32,000 nt of DNA from Formosa sp. Hel1_33_131 (GCF_001735745.1 NZ_CP017260.1:1050001-1082000), one strand, 5' to 3'; counted from the first letter of the stretch, positions 7,962 to 17,183 are shown. Notes: generated from the letters alone by a model not told the origin. Made by a program: numbers and translations.

Positions 7962-8078
7962 TGGCTTAATACCGAGGACAAATTTGATCTGATTGCAACC
8001 TCATTAAAAAAAGCTAAAGCAGTACGTACTACTCCATTAGCCCGCAATCCTATTTTTTGTTCTCATAAAACACTGTTT

Positions 8079-9329
8079 ATGAGTTATTTATTTACATCCG
8101 AAAGCGTTTCAGAAGGCCACCCAGACAAGGTTGCCGACCAAATTAGTGATGCTTTAATCGATCATTTTTTAGCGTTTGACCCAGACTCAAAAGTAGCTTG
8201 TGAAACTTTGGTGACCACTGGTCAAGTATTTTTAGCTGGAGAAGTTAAATCTAACACCTATCTGGATGTGCAAAAAATTGCACGCGATACCATCAACAAA
8301 ATTGGTTATACCAAAGGAGAATATATGTTTGATGGCAACTCTTGTGGAGTGCTTTCAGCAATTCATGAGCAATCCGAAGACATCAACAGAGGGGTGGACA
8401 GAGGCGCTGAAGAACAGGGTGCTGGCGATCAAGGAATGATGTTTGGATATGCCACAAATGAAACCGAAAACTATATGCCGTTGGCATTGGATTTATCGCA
8501 CCGTATCTTAATTGAACTCGCAGCCATGCGCCGCGAAGGCACCGATATCACTTATATAAGACCCGATTCTAAAAGTCAGGTGACCATTGAATATGATGAT
8601 GATAATACACCAAATAGAATTGATGCGATTGTGATTTCTACCCAACACGATGATTTTGACGAAGAGACGGCTATGTTGGCAAAAATTCGAGAGGATTTAA
8701 AAACAAAATTAATCCCTAGAGTGGTTGCAAAACTGCCTTCGCATATTCAAGATTTATTTAATGACCAGATTACGTATCACATCAACCCAACAGGTAAGTT
8801 TGTGATTGGAGGGCCTCATGGCGATACAGGTCTTACGGGTCGAAAAATTATCGTTGATACTTATGGCGGTAAAGGCGCGCATGGTGGCGGTGCATTCTCT
8901 GGAAAAGACCCAAGTAAGGTGGACCGTAGTGCGGCTTATGCCACGCGTCACATTGCTAAAAATATGGTAGCAGCAGGACTTTGTTCGGAAGTCTTGGTGC
9001 AAGTGAGTTATGCCATTGGCGTTGCAGAACCTATGGGTGTTTTTGTGGATACTTATGGCACCAGCCCTTTTAATTTAACGGATGGTGAAATTGCAGATCA
9101 CATCTCAAAACTATTTGATTTACGTCCGGCAGCGATCGAAAAACGTTTAAAACTCCGCAGGCCCATTTATAGCGAAACAGCGGCTTATGGTCACATGGGT
9201 CGTGAACACAAGACAGTGACTAAAACCTTTCATCAACCGAATGGCGAAAGTTTGACTTTGGAGGTTGAATTGTTTACGTGGGAAAAACTAGATTATGTCG
9301 ATGTGATTAAAGAGGCTTTTGGAATTTAA
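8079..9329 (+). CDS. metK: S-adenosylmethionine synthetase
   Basis: [24 protein letters not shown] is the canonical MetK N-terminus, and [19 protein letters not shown] is also present. The tracked ORF start at 7917 adds a non-homologous 54-aa extension. Confidence 0.95.
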   Translation: MSYLFTSESVSEGHPDKVADQISDALIDHFLAFDPDSKVACETLVTTGQVFLAGEVKSNTYLDVQKIARDTINKIGYTKGEYMFDGNSCGVLSAIHEQSEDINRGVDRGAEEQGAGDQGMMFGYATNETENYMPLALDLSHRILIELAAMRREGTDITYIRPDSKSQVTIEYDDDNTPNRIDAIVISTQHDDFDEETAMLAKIREDLKTKLIPRVVAKLPSHIQDLFNDQITYHINPTGKFVIGGPHGDTGLTGRKIIVDTYGGKGAHGGGAFSGKDPSKVDRSAAYATRHIAKNMVAAGLCSEVLVQVSYAIGVAEPMGVFVDTYGTSPFNLTDGEIADHISKLFDLRPAAIEKRLKLRRPIYSETAAYGHMGREHKTVTKTFHQPNGESLTLEVELFTWEKLDYVDVIKEAFGI

Positions 9330-9335
9330 CTGTTT

Positions 9336-10586
9336 TTAGTTAAAATAATTCATTAAAAAATCTTCCGAAAAATAGGGGTAGTTTAATTGCGTACTTAGGT
9401 CGGTATAGTTCTTCTTTATGAGTTTCTTTTTGGAGGTCGTTTTCGTAGTTCCAAATACATAAATTTGATGTATAATCGTGATAAATTCTTGATAGCTATA
9501 GTGACAATCGTCTAGACTAAAAAGACGGATGTATTTTTTCTCGTTCAACGTATCTTCCTGTATTTTGTAATAAAATGCACACATCAAATAGCAGAAATTC
9601 AAGTGGTTTTTTTGATAATAAAAATCAGGCTTCTGATCTATGGCCATTTTATCAATTAGAAACACCATCAGCTGTTGGTTCTTAGTGAGTATCGCCGTGG
9701 TGTGCAACTCGTAATAATAGTCTAGTTTATTAGATTTTTTTAAGTGAACTTTATGATAGGTGTTTAAAATTTCCGATGTGTTTTTGGGTTCATTTACCAG
9801 TAGTTTTAAGGCTAACAAACGACTGCACAGAATAGGATTTAAATCCGTTGAGAAAATTAAATCTTTGTGACGATCCACCACCTTTTTATGATTTAGAAAA
9901 TTTTTAAACTCTAAAATTGCAGAGGTGAATACCGTTATTTCTTTTGTGGGGGGATTGCGGTCAATGGTTTCTGTCCAACTCCCATAATAGCCATTCAAAT
10001 TAGAATAATCTACAAAGGTTAAATAGACACATTGTAAAAAATTGGTATTTTTAAGCAATACCGTGTCAAGTTCAGGTTGCTTTCGTACTAACAATCCTAA
10101 TGAATTTCCTAAATACAATACTTCTGAATAGGAAAAATTCTCAAAAGCGAGCTCTTTCAATTTGAACAACTCATCTATTAAACGGTAGCTTCTAACATGA
10201 AGCAATTCTCTAATTAATAAGACGATAAAACCCGTGAAATCTTCAAGACTTTTTTTGGTGGATTTCACTAAGGCAATAATTGCGGCTTCATCCCCATCGT
10301 AAACCGCTTTGTAGGTGATCTGAGACAAATCAATTTTCTCTTTATACAGATGCGTTTGCGTAAAATGAATGTAGTTTTTATATCCAATAAATTGAGCTAA
10401 GGTGTTTGTCGTTTTAATGTTTGGCTTGGTGTAAGGAGCCAAACCATACAAGCGTCTAATGGTACTGTAACTTATGTCAATATCTAGCGTTTCAGTAATC
10501 GCATTCGAAACCAATTCACAATCGCCCCGAGTTGCTACGGATCTTCCAATTTTTTCTTCAATTCTTTTTTTTAGAACATCAATCAT
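9336..10586 (-). CDS. Hypothetical protein with probable N-terminal helix-turn-helix and a long alpha-helical body
   Basis: In this 416-aa ORF the N-terminal ~75 aa (CELVSNAITETLDIDISYSTIRRLYG...LAQFIGYKNYIHF) resemble an HTH module seen in Bacteroidota proteins. I recognised nothing in the remainder. Confidence 0.5.
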   Translation of the reverse strand: MIDVLKKRIEEKIGRSVATRGDCELVSNAITETLDIDISYSTIRRLYGLAPYTKPNIKTTNTLAQFIGYKNYIHFTQTHLYKEKIDLSQITYKAVYDGDEAAIIALVKSTKKSLEDFTGFIVLLIRELLHVRSYRLIDELFKLKELAFENFSYSEVLYLGNSLGLLVRKQPELDTVLLKNTNFLQCVYLTFVDYSNLNGYYGSWTETIDRNPPTKEITVFTSAILEFKNFLNHKKVVDRHKDLIFSTDLNPILCSRLLALKLLVNEPKNTSEILNTYHKVHLKKSNKLDYYYELHTTAILTKNQQLMVFLIDKMAIDQKPDFYYQKNHLNFCYLMCAFYYKIQEDTLNEKKYIRLFSLDDCHYSYQEFITIIHQIYVFGTTKTTSKKKLIKKNYTDLSTQLNYPYFSEDFLMNYFN

Positions 10587-10600
10587 AGCTGATTTTTGGT

Positions 10601-10622
10601 ATTATGAATCAATTATGAACCA
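10601..10622. repeat. Tandem 11-mers ATTATGAATCA ATTATGAACCA in the divergent promoter region
   Basis: Read directly from the sequence. The repeat lies 15-36 nt upstream of the 416-aa gene ATG and abuts its candidate -7 box. Confidence 0.8.
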
Positions 10623-10628
10623 AATATA
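10621..10628 (-). promoter_or_regulatory. Candidate -7 box TATATTTG for the 416-aa gene
   Basis: The plus strand reads CAAATATA, which is TATATTTG on the minus strand. It lies 34 nt upstream of the ATG at 10586. Confidence 0.45.
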
Positions 10629-10652
10629 ACATTTATATTGAATATATTTGAG

Positions 10653-10660
10653 TTTTGGAC
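10653..10660 (+). promoter_or_regulatory. Candidate -7 box TATATTTG for the small + strand gene
   Basis: It is an exact TAnnTTTG match 19 nt upstream of the ATG at 10680. Confidence 0.45.
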
Positions 10661-10679
10661 AACAATCAAACTAAATATA

Positions 10680-11045
10680 ATGGTAAGAGGCAACACAACA
10701 TACGCCGTTAAAGGCATCGTAAAAACCCTAAGTAAATCCAGATTGGTTCAGAAAATAGTAGAAAATTATAGTTATAAAACTAAAATGAGTTTTAGCGTGT
10801 TGCAAAAAGTTTGGTTTGATGACTTGCAAGGCGGCAAAGGGGTTATTAGAAAATTGACTGATATTGATAAGAAAAACGAATCAAACTACCATATAAATAC
10901 CCCAATTACATTGGGTGATGGTACTAAAATTGTTGTTTGTAATCAGTGGGAGCAAGAGAATTTATCAAATTTTATTTCACATGCGAGACTGCTAGGAGTC
11001 GATGTCAAAACGGAAGGTACTCACCTAGAGTTGCTTTTAACATAA
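10680..11045 (+). CDS. Hypothetical small protein (121 aa)
   Basis: I took the first ATG of the tracked ORF, because the track start at 10638 is a TTG upstream of the candidate promoter. The C-terminal ITLGDGTKIVVCNQWEQENLSNFISHARLLGVDV is vaguely familiar, but I cannot assign it to a family. Confidence 0.5.
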   Translation: MVRGNTTYAVKGIVKTLSKSRLVQKIVENYSYKTKMSFSVLQKVWFDDLQGGKGVIRKLTDIDKKNESNYHINTPITLGDGTKIVVCNQWEQENLSNFISHARLLGVDVKTEGTHLELLLT

Positions 11046-11076
11046 ATGGAGAAAAACGAGTAGAGTTATTTTTGAT

Positions 11077-11102
11077 GTTATGAACCCATTATGAATCAAT
11101 TA
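11077..11102. repeat. Second copy of the 11-mer repeats (GTTATGAACCC ATTATGAATCA ATTA)
   Basis: The 15-bp string ATTATGAATCAATTA (11088-11102) is identical to 10601-10615. The ACC and ATC variants occur in swapped order relative to the first locus. Confidence 0.8.
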
Positions 11103-11157
11103 CAGAGCTTTATTACCCTACGATCCTTAAACAGGATTTATTTTAAGTTAGTTAGTC

Positions 11158-11188
11158 AAAAAAATCCGACCCACAGTCGGGTTTTTTT
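11158..11188. terminator. Bidirectional rho-independent terminator
   Basis: The sequence is AAAAAAA-TCCGAC-CCACA-GTCGGG-TTTTTTT, between the convergent 121-aa gene and the 903-aa gene. Confidence 0.75.
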
Positions 11189-11210
11189 GGTTTAAATCGT
11201 TGAGCGTCGG

Positions 11211-13922
11211 TTACAATTCATAACGCACTCGAAAGGTCACATAACGGGGTTGTATGAAATATTCCGTCGCACTTACCGAGATGTTGGAGGCGCTGCTCTG
11301 ATTTTGAGAGCGGGTGTCTAACAAGTTCGTTGCTTTGATCTCGTATTCAAATTTGGCATCTTCATCTTTTCTGTACGACAAGGATGCATTCCAAAATTCG
11401 TAGGTATTAATCGTGCGGTCTTCATCGCTAAAGTCGTTGTATGAAAAATCCGTTTTAAACGTAAACGCTTTTAAAATCAGTGCATCAATTTCGATAGAAG
11501 GACTTTTTGTGAAAAACTTGGTAGTGTTAGGTCCCAAATTATTATCCTGAATAGAGTAACGGTAGCTTAGATCGACATTCGGAGCCGTTCTAAAATTGGT
11601 ACGCAATTGTGCTCTGTAGGTTTGTGAGAAGCTTTCGTTCACAGAAGGTCGGCCTTGTACAACCTGATTGAATTTAGAGTAATTCAAATTCGCTCTAACA
11701 GAGGCTCTCAACTTTCCAAAAGTCCGCTGGAAACGTCCATTGGCAGATAAACTTTCATCTGCAAAATTAGAGTTAAAAGGTGTCGATACACGAATCACAC
11801 TTCCTGGTACAAACTCAGACACTGTTCGGACATTGTCGATACTTTTGTTATAATTGATATTCGCAAATACGTTGGTGTAGTTAAACATATTGAAACTATA
11901 ATAAGACAAATTCACATTGTGCGTAAGCGCACTTTGCAAGTCTGGAGACCCCGAAAATAAGGAGTTGTAGTTGTTCAGCACCAAGCCACTCGCAAACTGT
12001 GATACGTCCGTAAACTGTGTCTGCATGCGGTAACTTAAATTCAAGGTTTCACTCTTTTTGATTTGAAAAATTACATTCATGTCGGGTAAAAATCTGAAAA
12101 AATTATCCGTGGTCTTCGTCCCGGTCTGGGTGTTTGAAATCGCATAAGCATGCGCTGCTACGCCTGGCGTAAAGGTGAATTTACCTGACTTTAAACGGTA
12201 ATGAAATCCTAAATACACATCCGAGAAGTTATAAGCTATATCGTTGGTTGCTGCCACACCTGCGACTCCAGGAGTCGGGTTAATTTCAGTTTGGTCGTCT
12301 AAATATTGAAAAATGTGAGAGTCAAATTGTTGGTGACTCAAAATGGTTCCAAGGGTCAGGTTGATGTTGCTTTTTTTGTTTACGATGTTCCAATAATCCA
12401 GTTTGGCATCCACTTGATTGGACTGTACCCGTTTTTCTTGACCAAAGTTATAATCCAGTTGAGCGCCGTCTAAACCCAAACTGTTTGCGGTGCCTTCATA
12501 ATTCAATTTATCTTCAAGAATCGCATTGTAAAAAGGGTCTTCATCTTTTATCAGATGCTGGGCTTCAAAAGCAAAAATATTGGTTTCATTGAGGGTATAA
12601 TAATAATTTAAACTCTGATTAAAACTAAACGGATTGGTGTTTTCCAACTGATCGATATTTCCATTTAAAGAAGAATTGAAGCGTTGGTCTTGGGTGCTTT
12701 TAGACAAGTTTCCAAGGGCTTCATATTCGAGTTGATTACTCGCGTTTGGTTGGTACTTTGTGGTTAGCTTCAGCATGCCTAAATCGTTGTTCTGTGTGGT
12801 ATTACTTTGGGTATCCTCATCAGAGAATCCCTCAGGTGCGTCTGTATATTGAACGCTTCTATTTTCTTGCAGTTCGTTTTTACTGTTCGAAAAAATAGCA
12901 AATCCTCCAATGTCCAAAGTCTTTTTTGGAGACCAACTAAAATTGGCTGCTCCAAACTTTGTCTTGATATCTTTGGCGCGGTTATTTTGAAGCAATAAAA
13001 ATCCAATGTCATTATTCCCTAAACTCAAACTGGTTCCACTGCTTTGACTTGGCGATCGAAAACCACCCGAAAAGTTGAAATAGTCTCGACGAGAAAAGGC
13101 AACCTCTCCGATATTATTGATGTCTCCTATAAAATTGACACTGTATTCGGGACTGTAATAAAACAATTTTGGTTGGACTAAATACAGTGAATTCGCTTCT
13201 GAATCTCCTGCACCAGCGGTGATATTTCCAAACCAGAAGTTTTTCTTCCCATCTTTTAATTTGATGTTTATGGCGATGTTGTCTTGGTTATTAGTAACGC
13301 CTCCCAATTGCCCCACCTCAGCATAGTTTTTCAATACTTGTACTTTATCCACCGCACTGGATGGTATGTTTTTAGTGGCTAATTTGGTATCGCCATCAAA
13401 GAAATCTTTTCCTTCGACCATTAATTTATTTACAACCTTCCCTTCGACCTCTACTTGACCATCGTCATTGATTTCGACTCCGGGTAGGTTTTTCAATACA
13501 TCTTCTAGTTTTCGTTCGGTACCCGTATTAAAAGAATCTGCATTGTACACCAAGGTATCTCCACTGATGGTAACCGGCATTTCATACACCAACTCCACTT
13601 CATCCAAGGAATTGTCCTCAAAAAGCGTGAAGTCTTTATCAATGTTTTCTTCTTTCGTTTCTAAGACTTCGTCTAAAGATTTCATTCCAATATAACTGGC
13701 TTGAATGGTATAGATGGTATTCTTTTTTAAATCCAAACGGAACCTCCCTTTGTCATTGGTGATGCCATAGGAATCTAAGGATTTAGTCGCTTTATTAATG
13801 GCGATGACATTTGCTAATTCTAAGGGACTTCCTAGGCTGTCTTTAATAACACCTTCTAGTTTTACCTGAGAAAACCCGGCAATACTGATTGACAGGAATA
13901 TGGTTGTAATAAAATTCTTCAT
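11211..13922 (-). CDS. Outer-membrane beta-barrel protein with N-terminal carboxypeptidase-regulatory-like domain (TonB-dependent-receptor-like)
   Basis: A signal peptide ending FSQ is followed by a CarboxypepD_reg-like start (VKLEGVIKDSLGSPLELANVIA). A plug-like segment (LEDVLKNLPGVEINDDGQVEVEGK) and a long alternating beta-strand C-terminal region follow. Confidence 0.7.
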   Translation of the reverse strand: MKNFITTIFLSISIAGFSQVKLEGVIKDSLGSPLELANVIAINKATKSLDSYGITNDKGRFRLDLKKNTIYTIQASYIGMKSLDEVLETKEENIDKDFTLFEDNSLDEVELVYEMPVTISGDTLVYNADSFNTGTERKLEDVLKNLPGVEINDDGQVEVEGKVVNKLMVEGKDFFDGDTKLATKNIPSSAVDKVQVLKNYAEVGQLGGVTNNQDNIAINIKLKDGKKNFWFGNITAGAGDSEANSLYLVQPKLFYYSPEYSVNFIGDINNIGEVAFSRRDYFNFSGGFRSPSQSSGTSLSLGNNDIGFLLLQNNRAKDIKTKFGAANFSWSPKKTLDIGGFAIFSNSKNELQENRSVQYTDAPEGFSDEDTQSNTTQNNDLGMLKLTTKYQPNASNQLEYEALGNLSKSTQDQRFNSSLNGNIDQLENTNPFSFNQSLNYYYTLNETNIFAFEAQHLIKDEDPFYNAILEDKLNYEGTANSLGLDGAQLDYNFGQEKRVQSNQVDAKLDYWNIVNKKSNINLTLGTILSHQQFDSHIFQYLDDQTEINPTPGVAGVAATNDIAYNFSDVYLGFHYRLKSGKFTFTPGVAAHAYAISNTQTGTKTTDNFFRFLPDMNVIFQIKKSETLNLSYRMQTQFTDVSQFASGLVLNNYNSLFSGSPDLQSALTHNVNLSYYSFNMFNYTNVFANINYNKSIDNVRTVSEFVPGSVIRVSTPFNSNFADESLSANGRFQRTFGKLRASVRANLNYSKFNQVVQGRPSVNESFSQTYRAQLRTNFRTAPNVDLSYRYSIQDNNLGPNTTKFFTKSPSIEIDALILKAFTFKTDFSYNDFSDEDRTINTYEFWNASLSYRKDEDAKFEYEIKATNLLDTRSQNQSSASNISVSATEYFIQPRYVTFRVRYEL

Positions 13923-13947
13923 AAAAATTTAGTTAATTTGGATGTAC

Positions 13948-14820
13948 TTAATTTCGACGGTTGTTTCTACGACCTCCATACATGGAGCGCATTTCTTCCA
14001 TCTTGTTCTTGACCGTCTCATTGTACTCTTTTCGTGAAACCACATCGCCCTTTTCTGGAGCTTTGATCTCAACTTTTTCTTGTGGGTTGAGTATGATTTT
14101 TGAGCATAAAATAGTGGTCTTATCTGTATTCACTTCAAGGATTAACCCCGGAAGTCCCCAAAAATCTCCTGGGCCTTGACTCACAGGAATTTGTGGCGTG
14201 TACCATGCTGTGACTTCAATTTGTTTTGGAATTTCTAGGTCCTCAGAAACAGCAGTTACGGTAGAATCTTTTTTGACTTCGCCCTCTTTAACTTCTTTGG
14301 ATTTCGGTTTCCTTCGCATACTACGCCAATCGAATTCGTCCACAGTTTTAATGGCGGTGGCTTTCATACAAAGATATTGACCAATTTGTTTTGTTTCGGT
14401 TCCTAATTTCCAATCGAGCTTCGCTAAAGAATCTGTGATTAGAAATTGCTTTCCAAAAAATTCTTGGTCTTGCAAAAATTGTTGAGATTTAATGTTTTTA
14501 TATTGCATTCCCGCAGTAAAACTACTGCCCCACATACCAAACCCACGCCCTCCGCCGGGGGCTTCTAGCAGCTCTTCTTCTTTATAAGTAGAGGCTTCTC
14601 TGTCAAAGGTCAAAATATAGGTTTTCTCTAACATGTTGCGCATGCGGTCTGCAATTTGTTTTTTTTGATCTTCACTCATTTTTCGACCGCCCCAGCCATC
14701 CATATCAGCGGATGTTTTGGAAAAATAATAGGCTTTACCTTGAAAATTTTGTGAGAAGCTAAGGGTTGAGAATAGCAACAGTATAAGCCCAATAAAAGGG
14801 GTTTTAGTTCTAAAAATCAT
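13948..14820 (-). CDS. GLPGLI family protein (paralog 2)
   Basis: It carries the signature VTAWYTPQIPVSQGPGDFWGLPGLILEV. I chose the ATG at 14820 because it yields a signal peptide (MIFRTKTPFIGLILLLFSTLSFSQ). Confidence 0.8.
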   Translation of the reverse strand: MIFRTKTPFIGLILLLFSTLSFSQNFQGKAYYFSKTSADMDGWGGRKMSEDQKKQIADRMRNMLEKTYILTFDREASTYKEEELLEAPGGGRGFGMWGSSFTAGMQYKNIKSQQFLQDQEFFGKQFLITDSLAKLDWKLGTETKQIGQYLCMKATAIKTVDEFDWRSMRRKPKSKEVKEGEVKKDSTVTAVSEDLEIPKQIEVTAWYTPQIPVSQGPGDFWGLPGLILEVNTDKTTILCSKIILNPQEKVEIKAPEKGDVVSRKEYNETVKNKMEEMRSMYGGRRNNRRN

Positions 14821-14903
14821 AATTAGGAATGTTAATTTAATATCTAATTTGTTTAACGAAATTACATATTGTTTAATCATATACCGTTAAATTACTCATA
14901 AAT

Positions 14904-15695
14904 CTAACCTCCTATTTTAAGTTCAATCACGTGATCACCGTCACCACCACGATGGTTTTGAGATTCCATTTCTTTCATCTTTTTGATCATAATGGCATCA
15001 AATTCCGACTGATTTACAGCCGTTCCGCTCGTCGGTTGTTTAATCTTAATTTGTTTTGTGGGGTTTAAAGAAATCTTACTGCATAAAATGATTTGTGAAT
15101 CGTAGCTTATTTCTAAAATAAGCCCTGGCAATCCTTGAAATTCTTCGGGGCCATTACTCACAGGGATTTGTGGTGTGTACCATGCCGTGACTGTTTGCAT
15201 TTTTTTAGAACCGTCGTCCATGTCTGAATCTACTTCGCGCTCGAGTGTTGCTTTAAAGCAGGTATAGGTGCCAATGTTTTTGGTCTCGCCTTGCAGTTTC
15301 CATGCGTTTGTTTTTAAAGAATCCTGAACCAAAAACACCTTTCCAAGCAAGTCGCTTTGTTTGACATAACGCTGCTCCTTCATGTTTTTATACAATTCCC
15401 CAGAACCACCCATAACCGAAACAAATACCATCGCTCCTCCTGTAGATGGTGGTGCTAGAGATTCATCTTCTTTGTAAAGAGATTCCTCTTTATTGAACGT
15501 TAAAATATATGTTTTTTCAAATTGCTTTTTGAGCATTGCCATAATCTGATCTTGCATCCCTTCTGTCTGTGTACTGTCGAGTTTGATGTCTAATTTACGC
15601 TGGGTTTTGTAGGTAGCAACCCCTTGAAAATCTTGGGCTATTAGTGAAGCCGTCGTAAAGAAAAGTAAAAATGCAATTTTGATGTTTGTGTTCAT
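14904..15695 (-). CDS. GLPGLI family protein (paralog 1)
   Basis: It carries the signature VTAWYTPQIPVSNGPEEFQGLPGLILEI and a signal peptide MNTNIKIAFLLFFTTASLIAQ. Confidence 0.8.
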   Translation of the reverse strand: MNTNIKIAFLLFFTTASLIAQDFQGVATYKTQRKLDIKLDSTQTEGMQDQIMAMLKKQFEKTYILTFNKEESLYKEDESLAPPSTGGAMVFVSVMGGSGELYKNMKEQRYVKQSDLLGKVFLVQDSLKTNAWKLQGETKNIGTYTCFKATLEREVDSDMDDGSKKMQTVTAWYTPQIPVSNGPEEFQGLPGLILEISYDSQIILCSKISLNPTKQIKIKQPTSGTAVNQSEFDAIMIKKMKEMESQNHRGGDGDHVIELKIGG

Positions 15696-15784
15696 AGCTT
15701 TTTGATTTGATACATCTATAAGACGAACTAAGTCCTAAAATGTTTCAAATTCGTAACAAAAAAATTTGTACTTTTCGAGTCAGA

Positions 15785-16564
15785 ATGAAACATACTTTAT
15801 ATTTAATACTGTTTTTTAACTGTTTGGGGTTCAGTCAAACTTCCTTAAGTGCCGACCTGACAACGTCCACACCTTTTGAATGGGACACCTTTGTTGGAGT
15901 CGATTCCTTTGAGTCTATTTATTTTCTGAAATCAAATACTCTTTTTAAAAAAAACAGTCAAGGACTTCAAAATTATAGCAATTTAGACAAAGGGGCTATT
16001 GAGGAAGTTTCTGTATTTAATGCGCTCAAACTCGCTCTGTTTTATAAAGATTTTAATAGTGTCACTCTTTTAGATAACCGATTAGCAGAACTGATTACTA
16101 TTGACTTTAATACCTTAAGTCCTTTGCGAACGCTTTCGCACATTTCAAATGGAAATGACACCACTTTTTGGTTGTTTGATTCGAACACCCTTCAATTAGA
16201 GTTGTTCGATTACAACACTTCTAAAACACGGGTTAAAACAGGTCCGTTTCAAAATGAGATTCTCGCATTGGACAGTGACTACAATTATTGTTGGGTACTT
16301 TTAGAAACTGAATTGCATTGCTATAATTATATGGGGAGCTTGATTTCGAAGCTATCACATACGGGATTTACAGATTTAAAACTCTGGAATGGCATTCTAT
16401 TTTTATTGAAAGAAAACATGATTTACTATAAACAAAAAAACAGCGATACGTTTTTGATTTTAAACTTCCCTAAAATTTTAGTAAAACAGTTTTTTGTAAC
16501 CAACCAAACCTTGTATATTTATGACGAAGAATTTCTTCATCACTACCAACTATTAAACAATTGA
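15785..16564 (+). CDS. Hypothetical secreted protein
   Basis: The ATG at 15785 gives the signal peptide MKHTLYLILFFNCLGFSQ. I recognised no domain. There is a 4-nt gap to the downstream kinase gene. Confidence 0.5.
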   Translation: MKHTLYLILFFNCLGFSQTSLSADLTTSTPFEWDTFVGVDSFESIYFLKSNTLFKKNSQGLQNYSNLDKGAIEEVSVFNALKLALFYKDFNSVTLLDNRLAELITIDFNTLSPLRTLSHISNGNDTTFWLFDSNTLQLELFDYNTSKTRVKTGPFQNEILALDSDYNYCWVLLETELHCYNYMGSLISKLSHTGFTDLKLWNGILFLLKENMIYYKQKNSDTFLILNFPKILVKQFFVTNQTLYIYDEEFLHHYQLLNN

Positions 16565-16568
16565 TATT

Positions 16569-17183
16569 ATGCATGTTGCAATTGCCGGAAACATCGGGGC
16601 AGGAAAGACAACCTTAACCCAATTACTCGCGAAACATTACAAATGGGAAGCCCAACTAGAAGATGTGGTGGACAACCCCTATTTAGATGATTTCTATAAC
16701 CAAATGGAACGTTGGAGTTTTAACCTCCAAGTGTATTTTTTAAACAGTAGATTCCGTCAGGTGTTGCAAATTCGCGAAAGCGGAAAAGACATTATTCAGG
16801 ACCGTACGATTTATGAAGACGCCAATATCTTTGCTCCGAACTTACATGCGATGGGCTTGATGACCAATCGCGATTTTGAAAATTACTCCTCTCTTTTTGG
16901 ACTTATGGAATCTTTGGTACAAAGTCCAGATTTGATCATTTATTTGAGAAGCTCTATTCCGAACCTTGTGTCTCAAATTCACAAGCGTGGACGTGATTAT
17001 GAGAATTCTATAAGTATTGATTACCTGAGCCGTTTAAATGAGCGCTACGAAGCTTGGATCCATGGCTACGCTAAAGGGAAGTTACTGATCATTGATGTGG
17101 ATAATTTAGATTTTGTTGAAAATGAAGAAGACCTTGGTTTTATCATTAACAAAATTGATGCTGAAATAAACGGTTTGTTTTAA
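16569..17183 (+). CDS. Deoxynucleoside kinase (dCK/dGK family)
   Basis: It has the P-loop IAGNIGAGKTTL and the DRTIYED motif. At 204 aa it has the typical size for this family. Confidence 0.85.
   Translation: MHVAIAGNIGAGKTTLTQLLAKHYKWEAQLEDVVDNPYLDDFYNQMERWSFNLQVYFLNSRFRQVLQIRESGKDIIQDRTIYEDANIFAPNLHAMGLMTNRDFENYSSLFGLMESLVQSPDLIIYLRSSIPNLVSQIHKRGRDYENSISIDYLSRLNERYEAWIHGYAKGKLLIIDVDNLDFVENEEDLGFIINKIDAEINGLF

Noticed and set aside
7990-8002. The GCAACC and GAGG strings upstream of metK, which recall the SAM-I (S-box) core.
   Set aside because: The other invariant S-box elements are absent. There is no GGUGC(U/C)AA-type segment, no AGA-rich closing helix and no four-way junction.
7917-8078. 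A 54-codon in-frame N-terminal extension of metK in the ORF track ([10 protein letters not shown]...).
   Set aside because: MetK homologs begin at the M(S/A)..[14 protein letters not shown] motif, which corresponds to the ATG at 8079. The extension is hydrophobic and non-homologous, and it contains the candidate promoter box. The long open frame is noted but treated as noncoding leader.
10638-10679. The TTG-initiated 14-codon extension of the small + strand gene.
   Set aside because: It begins upstream of the candidate -7 box (10653-10660). The ATG at 10680 has the box-to-start spacing seen at other genes.
14821-14880. The 20-codon N-terminal extension of GLPGLI paralog 2. Similar extensions occur at 15740-15784 and 22270-22293.
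   Set aside because: In each case an internal ATG yields a clean signal peptide directly at the N-terminus. The extensions precede it without any recognisable function.
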